A DNA stretch of 63,740 bases, filler included, from Stramenopiles sp. TOSAG23-6 (lineage: Eukaryota): assembly GCA_900128565.1 (NCBI GenBank). It is 12 parts of 12 records of this genome, joined end to end, with 100 filler letters (N's around TTAATTAATTAA, not from the genome) between each part and the next. Parts side by side here need not be neighbours in the genome. Positions count along the whole stretch, not along the records: positions 10,690 to 15,926 come from LT636948.1; positions 16,027 to 21,258 come from LT636949.1; positions 21,359 to 26,583 come from LT636950.1; 9 more parts are not named here. One strand, written 5' to 3'. How positions within the stretch are numbered: position 1 is the stretch's first letter; every line of letters starts with the position of its first letter. Made by a program: the position numbers and the translations under genes. Under the pieces are notes generated by a model. It did not search any database. It worked only from the letters and a program-made list of their open reading frames with translations, and had not been told where the DNA came from. Positions 11,383 to 24,300 of this stretch are shown in pieces.

Positions 11383-12042
11383 TTACGCATCATCACAATT
11401 ACCATTAGTAGATACCGAGGAGTCTTCAGGGATAACAACTTGATTTGCTAAAATCTCTGTTGTTGCAGGAGGTGTAGGTGGAATTGGAAATTGTTTTGTT
11501 TGGTCAGGTGTTGGAGTTGGAGGCGTCGTGTTTTTCTCAAATGTTTCACCTTCTACAGCTTCAGAAGCAACAGTAACAGGAGGAGCAGGTGGCTCTTTCT
11601 CCCCAGTTAATTTATTGCGTAAAGAAGCCCAGCCTTGACCAATAGAGTACCAAGCGCTCGATAATGCGCGTTCGGTGGCTTCTTTTGCTTCTATTGTACG
11701 AGTTCTTATCATATGTTTCTCATTAAGATTATTCCAAGCATCACCAACAGCAGAAACCCCTTTACGGACTCCACCTTCAACAGCAGATGCCCCACTACTA
11801 ATTCCTCGACCGACAGCTGAAGCACCTTCGCTTGCCTTTTTACTGACGCTTGATGCAGTATCAGAGTTTACTACACTACTGACACCCTTACTAACACCAT
11901 TCAAACCTTTTCCAACTTTATCGTTCACGTGATACTTTTGTTGCACATAAAAGTTAGCTGCCTTGGCTCCTCGCACAGTTGATTTTGCTGCTGCCTTGGT
12001 CGCGGCACCAGCTGCGGAAACTGCAGATGAAATTGAATCCAT
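11383..12042 (-). CDS. Ala/Ser/Gly-rich protein with Pro-rich tail, unknown function
   Basis: ORF, first ATG at 12042. Confidence 0.65.
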   Translation of the reverse strand: MDSISSAVSAAGAATKAAAKSTVRGAKAANFYVQQKYHVNDKVGKGLNGVSKGVSSVVNSDTASSVSKKASEGASAVGRGISSGASAVEGGVRKGVSAVGDAWNNLNEKHMIRTRTIEAKEATERALSSAWYSIGQGWASLRNKLTGEKEPPAPPVTVASEAVEGETFEKNTTPPTPTPDQTKQFPIPPTPPATTEILANQVVIPEDSSVSTNGNCDDA

Positions 12043-12301
12043 AATATTATCAGACAATTCTCCTAATTCTCTATTAGAAGTTTTCGTCTCGCTCGACTCC
12101 TCGTTTTTGACTGAAGAACGACGAAGAACATCAAAGTCAAGAGCGAGTTAATTAGGTAGGGTTAGTTAGGGTTAGGGTTTTTTTTGTTCCTGAAAAATCG
12201 GTCAGTTCCACGTGTACTCCCCTTGGTACTGAATACCGTATATAGTGATCAACAAGTCTACTACTACTGAGTGTTACCTAAGTAATTACAGCAGGATATA
12301 T

Positions 12302-12859
12302 ATGGTAGGATATAGGGATTTATGTGATAAAGAGACCATACGACGGTTAGAAAAGTCTGCGGAAGAAGGCCATGACGAAGCACAGACCCTTCTTGCTTTG
12401 TTTTATTTTAAAGGTTTACATGGTGTAACTCAATGTTATAAAACTGCAGTAAAGTGGTATAGCAAAGCCGCAAAACAAGGCAATATACATTCACAGTTTG
12501 CACTTGCTAATTTGTATAAAGATGGTCGTGGTGTCACTAAGTGCTTAAAAACGGCAGCAAAATGGCACCAAAAAGCAAACAAGCAGATGAAAGCAATAGG
12601 GAAGAAGACAGATACAACAGATACAACAGATAAAGTACAAAATATCATGAAAGAAAGTATAAAGAACATGTCTAAATCAACATGTATTCAATGTGGAAAA
12701 CGAGGTAAACATTCCAAAATGAAACTTTGTAGTCGTTGTAATGGTGTAGTTTATTGTTCAAAGGAATGTCAGAGAACACATTGGAAAAGTACACATAAAA
12801 AAGAGTGTCGTAAAAAAGAAGCTGAAAATATTGAATTTGTTGACGATGAATCAAAATAG
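12302..12859 (+). CDS. Sel1-like repeats plus MYND zinc finger
   Basis: AVKWYSKAAKQGNIHSQFALANLYKDGRGV; CIQC...CSRC...YCSKECQRTHWKSTHKKEC. Confidence 0.9.
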   Translation: MVGYRDLCDKETIRRLEKSAEEGHDEAQTLLALFYFKGLHGVTQCYKTAVKWYSKAAKQGNIHSQFALANLYKDGRGVTKCLKTAAKWHQKANKQMKAIGKKTDTTDTTDKVQNIMKESIKNMSKSTCIQCGKRGKHSKMKLCSRCNGVVYCSKECQRTHWKSTHKKECRKKEAENIEFVDDESK

Positions 12860-13320
12860 TAATAGTCACTATAGGTAGTTGTATACTACCATAATAGTAG
12901 TATCTTTTAAGATGTTATGTGTTGTGAAACATGAAATATTATAATTATTGTTAAAATGGAGATGTAATTTTTCACTTATATTGTAATAAAGAAAAAAAAA
13001 TATTAACATATAAAAATGGATAAATTTTTTTGTCGAAATTGAACAAATATATTCTTTTGAGTTAACGTTTGCCCTAACTAACCCTAACAAATCGAAATGA
13101 AAAAAATATTTATTGGTGAAAAACGAAATATTTAATATATAGCTTTCAAAACTTCATCAGTCAAAAATTTAACATTGATTTACAAACTCCACAACTAATT
13201 AGTATGTAGCTTTTTCCAAGATTCTACCTTTTTTTTTTAATTTTTTTAAGGGTGATTGCCAAACGTGAATTAGGGTTAGGGTTGTAGAGTGAGGTTTAAA
13301 ACAATTAATCTTGTTATAAC

Positions 13321-14013
13321 TTATTCTTTTTTATATTCTTTTTTAGGGTTACTATTTTTCTCCGTATTAATATTAAACCTATCTTGTTGCTGATGGCTTA
13401 TTGTTGATACAATGACTAGCCAAACAAAAGAAACACAAGCTACGACAGCAATTCTCAACTCTGGTGGAGTTACAGTGAAATTAAAAAAGTGTACAACTGG
13501 CCATATTTTAGCATAATTCAACATTGTTGGAACCACTTCTCCGAAATTAAATTGTCTTGTCTTGCTATCCCAACGACCATAAAATCGTCGCAAGCCTTGC
13601 ATTGGAGTACCACCAAATACCACAGTTTGTTGAAAGGCGTAATACAGTGGCAAGTATATAAGCGGAGTATGCACAAAAAGATCTGCTGCTACTTTTTGAA
13701 ATGCTACCTTCATAGTCTGGGCACTGCCAAATATTCTTGTGAATGCAACATTGTAAATAAAATGCTGCCCGCAACCGAGATATACCCCAGAAAAAAATGC
13801 AAATGCCAAATTCCGACGAAAAGAAAATACTTTTTCAGAAATATGCTTTTCGTGTACTGAAGTAAATCCCTTCAAGTTAAAGCCTTCGAATGTACGCTTT
13901 TCAACAGCAATCTGAGCAACTCCATCGGATAACGATCCCTTTATAAAACAAGTAGCAAATGCAGTAGATAGTACATATTTTTTACTTAACTGACGATACA
14001 AGCGAATCAGCAT
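13321..14013 (-). CDS. Mpv17/PMP22 family membrane protein
   Basis: SDGVAQ, KVAAD, IWPVVHFFNFTVTPPELR motifs. Confidence 0.9.
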   Translation of the reverse strand: MLIRLYRQLSKKYVLSTAFATCFIKGSLSDGVAQIAVEKRTFEGFNLKGFTSVHEKHISEKVFSFRRNLAFAFFSGVYLGCGQHFIYNVAFTRIFGSAQTMKVAFQKVAADLFVHTPLIYLPLYYAFQQTVVFGGTPMQGLRRFYGRWDSKTRQFNFGEVVPTMLNYAKIWPVVHFFNFTVTPPELRIAVVACVSFVWLVIVSTISHQQQDRFNINTEKNSNPKKEYKKE

Positions 14014-14541
14014 TTTCAACTTTATGATGTGGAAATATATACCCGAAACTATAGCGTGAATTTACAATACTAGCCACTATCTAATACGTTTTTTTAAACA
14101 GACGCTATAGTTATCGTTGGTGCACAGTCCTAAACCATTAGCTTGTGCATTAAAGCCAGTAGTACTTTATGAAGTTTGAACACACATACACAGGGATTAA
14201 AACTATGCAACTAGTGTAAACCTTTTTTGAACTCTTTCACTTTAGCTGGTTCCAGAAAATTGGATAGAATTCGAATTGTGTATTATAAAATTGAATTTGA
14301 GGCTAATACGAAGTATGAACCTTGACATCGCGGTGAGTCATATATTGTACAGCGACAAAAAACACGAAATAAATCAAAATCAAAAATTCAAAAAATTGTT
14401 TTTCCTGCGGCACAGGAACGCAGGTTCCTTCATACTTGAAAGATAAACAGTACCTACTAGCTTACAGTATTTGTGTGCTAAACCTTTTACAAGTCTAGAA
14501 TATATATTATAAAAAGTAGGCTGAGATTCTACAGAGTCAAA

Positions 14542-15858
14542 ATGATAAGAAAGCACATCAATATTATTTTCATCTTCATCACAATGCTACCAAAGATATT
14601 CGTGGAGGGTTTACCCGTTCATAAAAACAGTAGTAAGAAAAACATAGTTCAAAATGGCAACTTTTCAGCGGAACAATCTCGATACAAGTCAAAACGAGTA
14701 GAGAAAACATTGGAAAGCAAGTCACCAAAGCGTGGACTTTTCTATGAACTTTTAGACGGAGTTCAACAGTCTTTAGTACAAGATGGAATATCAGATACTC
14801 TAAATTCGTTGCTTCCCGCGGTTAAGCATAATGATGATAATGATGATAAACAACAAAAACAACAAAAAGACGGTGCAGTAAGATCTAATGAGGCAACAAA
14901 AAAACCTTTTAAGGAGACACACAGAGAGAAACAAGAGGTACATGACCCACTACTTGAAAGGAATCAAATTGTAGCTATTGAAGTTAAAGACTGTACGTTT
15001 TTGAAATTTTCATTTTTTTACTCAAAAAAATATTTTTCATAGTAAATTTTGTACCTAACGAATATTTTTTTACGGAAAAAAAAATACTTTTTCACATTTC
15101 TTTAAAAGTTAAATCTAAGTTGTTGAAAGAACATTTGAAGAAAATAGATGACTTAAGTATTCAGGATGAGGTTGATGAAGTAGATAAAAGTATTGATAAA
15201 TTATCTGCTACAATTATGGCCCAACAAGCTTCACAGATACATGAAATCCCAAAGCGATTAATTTTTACGTGTATGTTTTTTCATCCATTTTTTTTTTTTT
15301 TTTTGAAATTTCAAATTTATTTATTTTTAATTGAGGCTAGGGTTATACTAACGTTTTTGATTTTTTAAATATTTTTTCACAATGCATACAAATGGAACCT
15401 TTTTGAAAAAAACAAACCCAAAATTCTTGCTGATAATGCACGGAGAACAATTAAGCTTTATAAAGAGGAATGGAATTTACCCGACGCCCCAGTTGTGATA
15501 CTGACAGATGACGATTGCATTGATTTATTACGAGAAATTGAATCTCAACTTATTCCATTTTTTAAAAAAGAAACACAAGGAAAATACAAAGCCGATGTGT
15601 GCCGAGTCGCAGAGCTACTTAAAAATGGCGGTTATTATTTTGATGTTGACATAAAAGTTGTGAAGCCAGTCACTCTCCAGGTACGTTTTTTCTTGAATTT
15701 TTACATAATTTTTTTTTCGTAGAAAATTTCGTACCTAACAGCACACACATTAAAAAAATATTTTTTTTACTTTCTAGGATGGAATTCAATTTTCCACGGT
15801 TCTAGATGTCAATCGAACAGGAATTTTTCAGGCTTTCCTTGCATCTGTACCAAATCAT
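14542..15858 (+). CDS. Glycosyltransferase family 32 (DxD) protein, 3' truncated; introns 14993-15102, 15271-15387, 15681-15777, 15859-contig end
   Basis: Spliced product IPKRLIFTYKWNL...KADVCRVAELLKNGGYYFDVDI...FQAFLASVPNH. Confidence 0.85.
14993..15102 (+). mobile_element. Introner-like intron GT...TT
   Basis: GAC T|GTACGT...TTCACATTTC-TT|TA AAA restores the frame. Confidence 0.7.
15271..15387 (+). mobile_element. Introner-like intron GT...AT
   Basis: ACG T|GTATGT...CACAATGC-AT|AC AAA gives LIFTYK. Confidence 0.8.
15681..15777 (+). mobile_element. Introner-like intron with canonical GT...AG
   Basis: CAG|GTACGT...TTTCTAG|GAT; AG/AG flanks. Confidence 0.85.
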
Positions 15859-16026
15859 GTATGTTTTATTTTTTTTTTTTACAAAAAAATCGATTTTTTT
15901 TTCGTACGAAATTTTGTACCTAACGANNNNNNNNNNNNNNNNNNNNNNNNNNNNNNNNNNNNNNNNNNNNTTAATTAATTAANNNNNNNNNNNNNNNNNN
16001 NNNNNNNNNNNNNNNNNNNNNNNNNN

Positions 16027-16529
16027 CCATCGGTTTGTATATAAGTACCTTCATTGCATACTTGATGATTTGTACATTCGTCTTGATTGTTTTCAGAAGT
16101 GTATTTACCTGATTCACATTGACTGCACGTTCTATCTGATGTATCAGTTCCATCGGTTTGTATATAAGTACCTTCATTGCATACTTGATGATTTGTACAT
16201 TCGTCTTGATTGTTTTCAGAAGTGTATTTACCTGATTCACATTGACTGCACGTTCTATCTGATGTACCAGTTCCATTGGTTTGTATATAAGTACCTGGAT
16301 CGCACGTCAAAAACGGCGTGCATGATTCAGATTCTTCAGTACTCCACGTGCCATCTTCACATTGGGTGCATTCTGTTGCACCTGCTGATGAATAATATCC
16401 TGCGGTACACTTTTCACACGTATTGTCTGATTTTTTAAACTGTCCGTTTGGACATGAGCCCGCAGTTATAGATAGAAGTATAAAAGTGTGCAGAAAGAAA
16501 CACAATATCCATAGTTTACGTTTAAGCAT
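16027..16529 (-). CDS. Secreted Cys-rich repeat protein (39-aa / 117-nt tandem units), truncated
   Basis: Signal peptide; GTxTSDRTCSQCESGKY repeats. Confidence 0.8.
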
Positions 16530-16881
16530 GATTTATATCATTTCTAGCAAAGAGTAACTTATTATTTTTATTTTAGATAGATGCAATTTATAGTAACCCG
16601 TTATGTGTAGAGCAAGTTTACCGACAAACAGTTGGCTAGCGTATATACCTCACGCTCAAATATGCGAAACTGCCGTTTGGAGGTTTCATTTCAACTGTCA
16701 TATCCAACAGGTCCTATATATACGCTGGGCTTACTACTATAGTATACCCTATCGCTAGATATTGTAGATAATACCTGTGGGTTACGCATATATAAGGAGT
16801 ATAATTGGGATATTGTGCTTTACAACAAATCCAGTTGGAAAAGCGAGATAAACATGATGTAACTTTATATGAAAAATAACT

Positions 16882-19800
16882 TTATTTTTTTATCGCAGGT
16901 AAATGTGTCAAAAGCGCATGTACAGCATCTAGAAGTGTGTCAATTTCTTCCTCTGTTACAGAGATATCAAAGTAATTGCTATCATCAGCCAAAAGAGGCT
17001 GTAAAACTGCATGTAAACCTAGGCAATGTTCTTCGTCGAAAAAGCAAGGGTTATTAATTGCAAAGTTACAAAGAGCTTTTGTTGCAATAGTAGATATTCC
17101 AATATCTTCCTCTAAAGCACTACTAAGAACTTCAAATAAACGACCAATAACATCTAATTTTTCCAGAGTACTATTACGTCGTTTGTTCGCATCGGCCGCA
17201 AAGTTGATCAGTACGCCACATGCATTGTATACAATTTCTCTATGGCAGTGATTAAGCAATATAATAAGCGCTTCATCCCCTCGTCTTTCAACAACAATAT
17301 CTCGAACACAGACAGACCTTGCATAATTAGCCAAAGCACGTAAACTTTCAGAGACAACTTCTTCATTTCCATGCACAAGCATAGTGACAAGTATTTCACA
17401 TATGCTTATTTTAGCTATTTCAATATCTTTGTTATGGGCATCACAGGTATAAAATGAAAGGTTTGTCACAGCACTTACAACATTTAATAGAAGTTCCTCA
17501 CTTGTATTTGAACACTTCAGAAGAGTAGCGAATACCATAGAAATATTGGAAGCCCCAATATATTGTGCTACCTCGGGATCAATGGATACGTTTGCAATGA
17601 GTCGGATTAATTTTATCAATACTTCCTGAACTGCTTCAGCATTGCAAGAATCTTCTTTTAATAAATTTAATCCACTCTCATTACTGTTGTTTATACTAAC
17701 TATTACTCTTTCAAAATTTTCTGTTTTACCTGTGTCAGGTCCATGTGTTTTTGACTGTATATTATTTTTACTTTTGTCAGATCCAGGTGTCTTTGACTCT
17801 ATACCATTTGCATTTTTACCTTCGCATATGTTTTGGGAGCTTTCAGCTGCTTTTCCAGTTTTCTTCAGTAAATAATTTTCATGGATTTGCCCATATCGAG
17901 TCAAGAGTGATTCAAATAATTTAATACCATTTAAATCAAATGCAATCAGTTGACGATTATCTACATTGGAAGCCGTCAAATTACCCAGAATAAAACAGAG
18001 TCGAATCACCAGTCCTGTATGATCTTGGTGAAGTTTCAAAACTTGAATTAATCCTGCGGCGGAAGTTTTTGCACTGTGATTTTGTCGTGTTTTTGAATTA
18101 TTTTCAAAGTTTACTTTTGTTGCATTTATTTGAGCACGACAAAATTTCTCCAAAGAAAGTTTACTTAGAATTCGCGAGACGTTAAACATGAGCTCTGAGT
18201 GAGTCGGAAAATACACACAAAGAGAGCAAAGGGATGTAACAGTTTTGTGTTCTGAAAATTGTTTAAAGTTTTTCTTTTTCATCGATAAATTTCGCAAAAT
18301 AGCGGTAATTTGAACTAAAATTTGGGCAACTTGTTGATGACTCAAATGTGCATTTGCTTCCTTTTTTATAGAGTGTATTATATTCATAAACGGCGTTAAT
18401 GTACCTATACAACCTCCTTTCTCTCCAAGCCAGAGGACGTTTTCCCGACATTGAGATACGTTTTTAATGATTGCAGCAATATATATCAAAACATCGAATG
18501 GCAGAAATATAACCATAGGTTTTTCAACACTTCGATTATTAGATTGATTGAATTTACTTTCTCGTCTTTTATTTACTCTATTGTCTTTTCTGTCTCGTAT
18601 ACTATATTTTTCCTCCTCCAACTTTGTATTTTGGCTTTCTCTTTTCATTCTATTACTCACATCCAGCAAACCTAAGAGAGATCCAAGCACACCTTCATCT
18701 AAGAAAGCTTTGTCAAATTTTTCTTCTTTACTAATTCGATACAACATTTTACAAGTACTGATAAGTGCACCTGTACATCCTCTTAAAGATCTTATAGTCT
18801 GAATACCATGTGTGCTTAATCTGAGAACAATTTTAGAAAGTCTCAATGTATTGTGAAAAAATATTTCAAATTTTTTTTTAAAATTTGTTAGGTACGAAAT
18901 TTCGTACGAAAAAAAAATTAAATTAGAAATTCATATAAAACGTACATAGAAGACATGGCTTATCTTTGTCAATGACACCGGCTACACATAAAAGAGTCGC
19001 TCTTCGAATAGCTCCCATATCATACATCTTATCATCTTGCAGGAGGGTTTGATCAATATTATCTGTGGTTTTACTCATACTTTGTATTCTAAAATTGTTT
19101 TCATCGGAAATATTGCACATAGTGTCTAGAACAACCCAAAGTCGGCTACAAATGGTACGCAATGCAACGGGTAAGTTATTTGTAGTAGTTAAACTGTTTT
19201 TTCCTTCGTATTTTTTTCTAGGACTAATGGAATTTGTACTGCGCGCGAGTCGGGGTAAATCTGATAGAAGACCTTTAAGCTCAGCGGAGTTTTTTTTCCA
19301 TTCATTTTCTAAATGTTTGAATTGTGCCGAGCTGTTTCTAATTTCATCTCTCTTAACAACTTTTTTATTTCTCATTTCGCTAGGAAATCGCTCTTCAATT
19401 CCTCGAGATAGAACATTCAATGGTTGGCGTGATATAGAGGTTTCACTACTTGGTGAAACTGAGCTAGGTACCATACAGGTATCGAAGTTGCTTTCAACGT
19501 CTTTTGCTGCCCAATTCCAGTCGTTCACTGGAGTATTTTTCGCATCTTTTCGAGAATCCTTCAGTTTTGATTCTCTTTCTCGTGACCGAGTATTTCGATT
19601 CATACGGATATCTTTTTCTGAAGGAACTAATTTTGATCCCCAAAGACCTTCACCACTTGCAATTCGAGCAAGGTCTGCACGAGGCGGCGTTCGCACAGGC
19701 GAGCTTTCACCCCTACTGCCAAAACCGTCAAAAAACCCACCAAAACTTGGATTAAAAGTAGAGGCTGGCCGGGAGGAAGGATGATAATCTCCTCCAAAGA

Positions 19801-19957
19801 ACATCTGTCGATCAGATCTTGCAGGTGTAAATGGTCTTGATGGATTTCTGAGGGATGGCCGGATATCTGCAGTATTGCCAGATGCCTCTGCACGGGCTCG
19901 CAGGAGAACTTTCGATATAGCACCTCCAGCCATTGGGAGGGAAGAGTGTCCTTCCAT
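16882..19957 (-). CDS. ARMC2: Armadillo repeat protein, ARMC2-like; intron 18846-18945
   Basis: PSRPFTP; NVSRILSKLS; RLCFILGNLTA; VLIKLIRLIANVSI; NACGVLIN. Confidence 0.85.
18846..18945 (-). mobile_element. Introner-like intron GT...AT
   Basis: CTA T|GTACGT...CACAATAC-AT|TG AGA joins two long ORFs in frame. Confidence 0.88.
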
Positions 19958-20355
19958 GCTCTCAAATTTCACTCAATATACCCAAGGCTTCAGAAATGGG
20001 TATGTATTCATTATTTTGATGTGTCATCTATATCATACATTTTTGGATCGGTTGGTTAAAGTAATGAGAACAAAATGCTTTTTTGTATAGCTGTGTCTGT
20101 GTTCTTTGACGACAGTTTCAAACAAACGCAAAAAAAGTTTAACGGACGAAAAATGCACTGCGCTCTTGCTGAAATACAAAAATCACGAAATAAAAAAAAT
20201 GAATATCTTTTTCAATGCTTTTTCAATTTGCGTTTGCACTCGGCACTCGTATACGTTGCTTATTGCTATTTTGGAATTTAGTCGACTCCTCCCGCAAAAA
20301 AAGTTGAAGACAGTATCTGTATAGCTCTGTCGACCACGATCACTAGAGATTCACC

Positions 20356-21205
20356 ATGTCGTCGAAGTGTATGTAATCATATGATTTACCTTTACATCTT
20401 GTAGTCGATCTCTTTTATCTCTTATTTTTTTGTTTTTCACTATTTTACACGATCTCACTTAAAATCTAACTTAACGTCTTCTACCATTTCCCTTTATCTT
20501 ATTACACAACAGCTAGACCGAGCCATGACGTCAAATCGAAATCATCATCGTCCCACCAAAGTCGTGGACGAAGAGATCGATTGAAAGAGGCTCAGAATAT
20601 GGAAAAATCAGGTAAAATATTTGACGTAAGTTTGAATTCTCAACATATTGATTCCTCCTCGCTTTGTGTTTTCTGCCATTTAGCTCTACCGGCAAAACCG
20701 ACGTACTTTATTTTTTTTCTTTGATAGACCACTTATCAGTTCATCCTCTTTATACATATATTTCACCATACATGGACGCACCGTTAGTTACGCTGCTGAG
20801 AGAATAGTTGATAATGGGTCCTTCGGCGTAGTTTTTCAAGCCATAGTCGTCGAAACGGGACAAGTCGTGGCGATTAAAAAGGTATTACAGGACAAACGTT
20901 TTAAAAACAGAGAATTGCAGATTATGCGTCTTTTAGATCATCCAAATATCGTATCTCTAAAGCATTGCTTCTACTCTAATGGAGAGAAATCTGACGAACT
21001 TTATCTAAATCTTGTCTTAGAATATATACCCAAGACTGTATACAAAATATCCCGAAAATACCAAAAGATGAAAAAGCGAATACCAATTCTCGCCGTTAAA
21101 TTACACATGTACCAATTGTGTAGATCGCTCGCATACACCCATGCACTTGGCGTCTGCCATCGTGATGTGAAACCACAAAATTTGTTAGTAGACCCTTCGA
21201 ACCAT
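20356..21205 (+). CDS. GSK3: GSK3/shaggy-like kinase, 5' part; introns 20369-20512 (GT-AG), about 20626-20773 (ends AT; internal structure uncertain), 21206-contig end
   Basis: [50 protein letters not shown]. Confidence 0.92.
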
Positions 21206-21358
21206 GTATGTTTTATTTTTTTTCAAATTCGATTTTTTTTTTCGTACGAAATTTTGTANNNNNNNNNNNNNNNNNNNNNNNNNNNNNNNNNNNNNNNNNN
21301 NNTTAATTAATTAANNNNNNNNNNNNNNNNNNNNNNNNNNNNNNNNNNNNNNNNNNNN

Positions 21359-24300
21359 CAGAGAGAGCATTGAGTTTGAAGAGTGTCTCTCCCACTAAGC
21401 TTTTCAAGTGGAACATACGCGAGTGATGTGGCATCATAACTACTCAGGGGGATATTCGTTGTAAACTCTTTTTTACCCAAAACTTCATCTTTTAAGAGTA
21501 TTAAATGTCCAAAGTATGATGAAGGGCAATCACATCGACTCTGTGTGTTATCACCAAGTATGAGTGTGTCTCCAGGACATTCAGTAGCAACATAAGAACC
21601 TTCTGCACAAAATTCGCTCCCCTTACAAGCAACTTTTACTGCAGAATTAGCACATCTATGATTTGCTGGGCATATACTTATTGAAGATACACCTTCTGCA
21701 CAATATACAGCTAATGTATTTGTCACTCCCGCGGCTGGTTCACAACTTTGTTTTACTCTCGAGTCAATACAATATGATCCAGCTGAACACTTTTGTGGAT
21801 TATGAGATCCGGCGGGGCAGAAATAGGCCACTTCCTTTGCATCTGTGATGGGATTTTCAGAATCTTTTGGTTCATCAATTTCAGGAAAATCACAATTATA
21901 TTTGTTTTTGCCGTTCTTGCAGTAATACCCAGGAGGACATTTTTCAGGCTTGGTTGACTTAGGTGGACAAAACCATGCAATATCAGCAGATTTCAACTTT
22001 GGATCTGGGTTTTGAGAATCCCATAAACAAGAAAGTTTTGTGGATGTAGTTGGACAATAATACCCCGCTCCACAACCTGAATTAGTTTCTACAGTGGTAG
22101 TGACTACTGGATCGTCATCTGTAGTAACTTCTTCTACTGGGAAATTGGTAGCTTTGAACACACCGGTAAGCACCTTAATTATATCAAGATTTTTTGCATC
22201 ACCATCTGCACCATCTGTACTACCGGAATCACCACCATCAGTAGTACCACCACCAGTACCACCACCATCTGTACTACCACCACCATCTGTACTACCACCA
22301 CCAGTACCACCACCATCTGTACTACCACCACCATCTGCACCATCCCCATCGTTGCCTGTGCTGTCTCCATTATTAGCATCCCCACTGCCTTCGTCTACAA
22401 CAACCTTGACTATTACTTTAAATTCGTGTATTCCTTCTACACAGGAATCCCATACACAATCATATATAACTGCAGGACTTTCACATAAGTTAATGAAATC
22501 ATAAATCCATTGGGTAACCTCAGGGGCATCACATGATGATGTTTCAAGTCTACGCATTCGTCTCCCTTTAGGCATTGAAGCTGTTGTTTTCCATTCCGTT
22601 GTTTGAACCGTCTTAGCAGCCAACGTTCTCGTTCCTAATGGGCAATAATCATCGTCAGCACATTTTTCTTGTACTGCAGCGTTGCTACACTTATGCCCAT
22701 TTGCACATAATTCTAATTTATCCTTAATCGTTCCTTCCTTACAATATGTTTGTGCGTCTGGAGAGGAATCGTTGTTGTCTGAATTATAGATTTTTGTTTC
22801 GGGTCGAGTGGGATCGGCATCTGTGGTTTCACAAGGTTCTTCAAGAGGAGTGGGTCCATCACCAGAATCACAANGATATTCATAGTAACCTCCTTCACAA
22901 TAACACCCTTTGCGACATTTTCTCATAGAACTCTTCCCATTTTTCATTTTACAAACCCACCCCGTAGAACTGTNCGTAAGAAAGTCTTCCTGCTCTTGTG
23001 CATTTCCGACGCCGTCTGCCCAAACACAACTTTTTGCTTCTGATGGTGTTGGGCAATAATAACCATTCGGGCACTCCTGGGGTGTTTTTGATCCTTCAGG
23101 GCAATACTCCTCTAAATCAACACAGTCTACAGGTTGCTCAGATATATTCTGGCAGTATTTTCCAGCCGGGCACTTTACTGCTTGCCTTGATTTTGCTGGG
23201 CAATAATAGCCATTTTTCTGATCGTCGTCATTGTGATAAGCGCAAGCTGTTTTAACCCTCGTTGTTGCACACATGTAACCCATAGGACAATCTTCTTGAG
23301 TCGCCTGTCCAGCTGGGCAATATTTACCTGTTTCACATGCTTTCGCTTCATGTGTACCTTCTGGACAATAATAGCTAATAGGACACTCTTCCTTTTGAGC
23401 TGCGGTTGTACATAAATACCCTGCTGGACACGGTACGCTTTGTTTTGATCCCATCTCGCATAATTTTCCCTTTTCACAAGGTATTGGTTGATCATTTATG
23501 TTAGGGCATTTGCTTCCGGCAGGACACTCCACTGCCTTCGTTGATCTTGTTTTACAGTAATAGCCTTTGGATCCAGCATCGCTAGGATAAGCACAATCAT
23601 ATTTTTCACTTGGTGTCGGACACATAAAATTTGCTGGACAATTGCTTTCAGTTGCACATCCTCCTACTCTCCAATTACATCCATTAGTATCAGTACACTC
23701 AGTTGAAGTCGTTTTATTTCTGCAAGAGTTACTTCCAAAACAATAACCTTCATTCTCACAATTACAATAGCTACCATCAACACATTTTATTTGTTCAAAT
23801 TTACCTGTAGGGCAATAGTATCCAATTTCACACTTCACAGCTGCCGTTGGGTTTTCACAGTAAAATCCTTTTGGGCACGGCGTTCTTGATAATGTTCCTG
23901 GTGGGCAGTAATACGAGACAACGGGTTCAGCATCTACGCAATTTATTTTTTTCCGTGTACTGGGACAATAAAAAGATTCTTCACAAATAGCAGCTTCATT
24001 AGTAAGGTGTGTATTCCCTAGTTTACAATAGGTCGCTAGCTGACCATGTAAATGACATTTTTCAATTTTTTTTCCATAGAAAGTTACATCACCATCAACA
24101 GTTTCAGGACAATAATATCCTTCAGGACAACCTCCTGCAGATGAACTTCCTTCGGGACAATATTGACCTCTCACACACTTTTCTTTTTCTGCACTTGTTA
24201 CACAATAGTGGCCACTTTCACATAGANCGCAANTTTCATTTTTNTCATTAGGAGCATGGGTTCCTGGGCCGCATNTTTCACAATAACCNCAATCTTTCAG

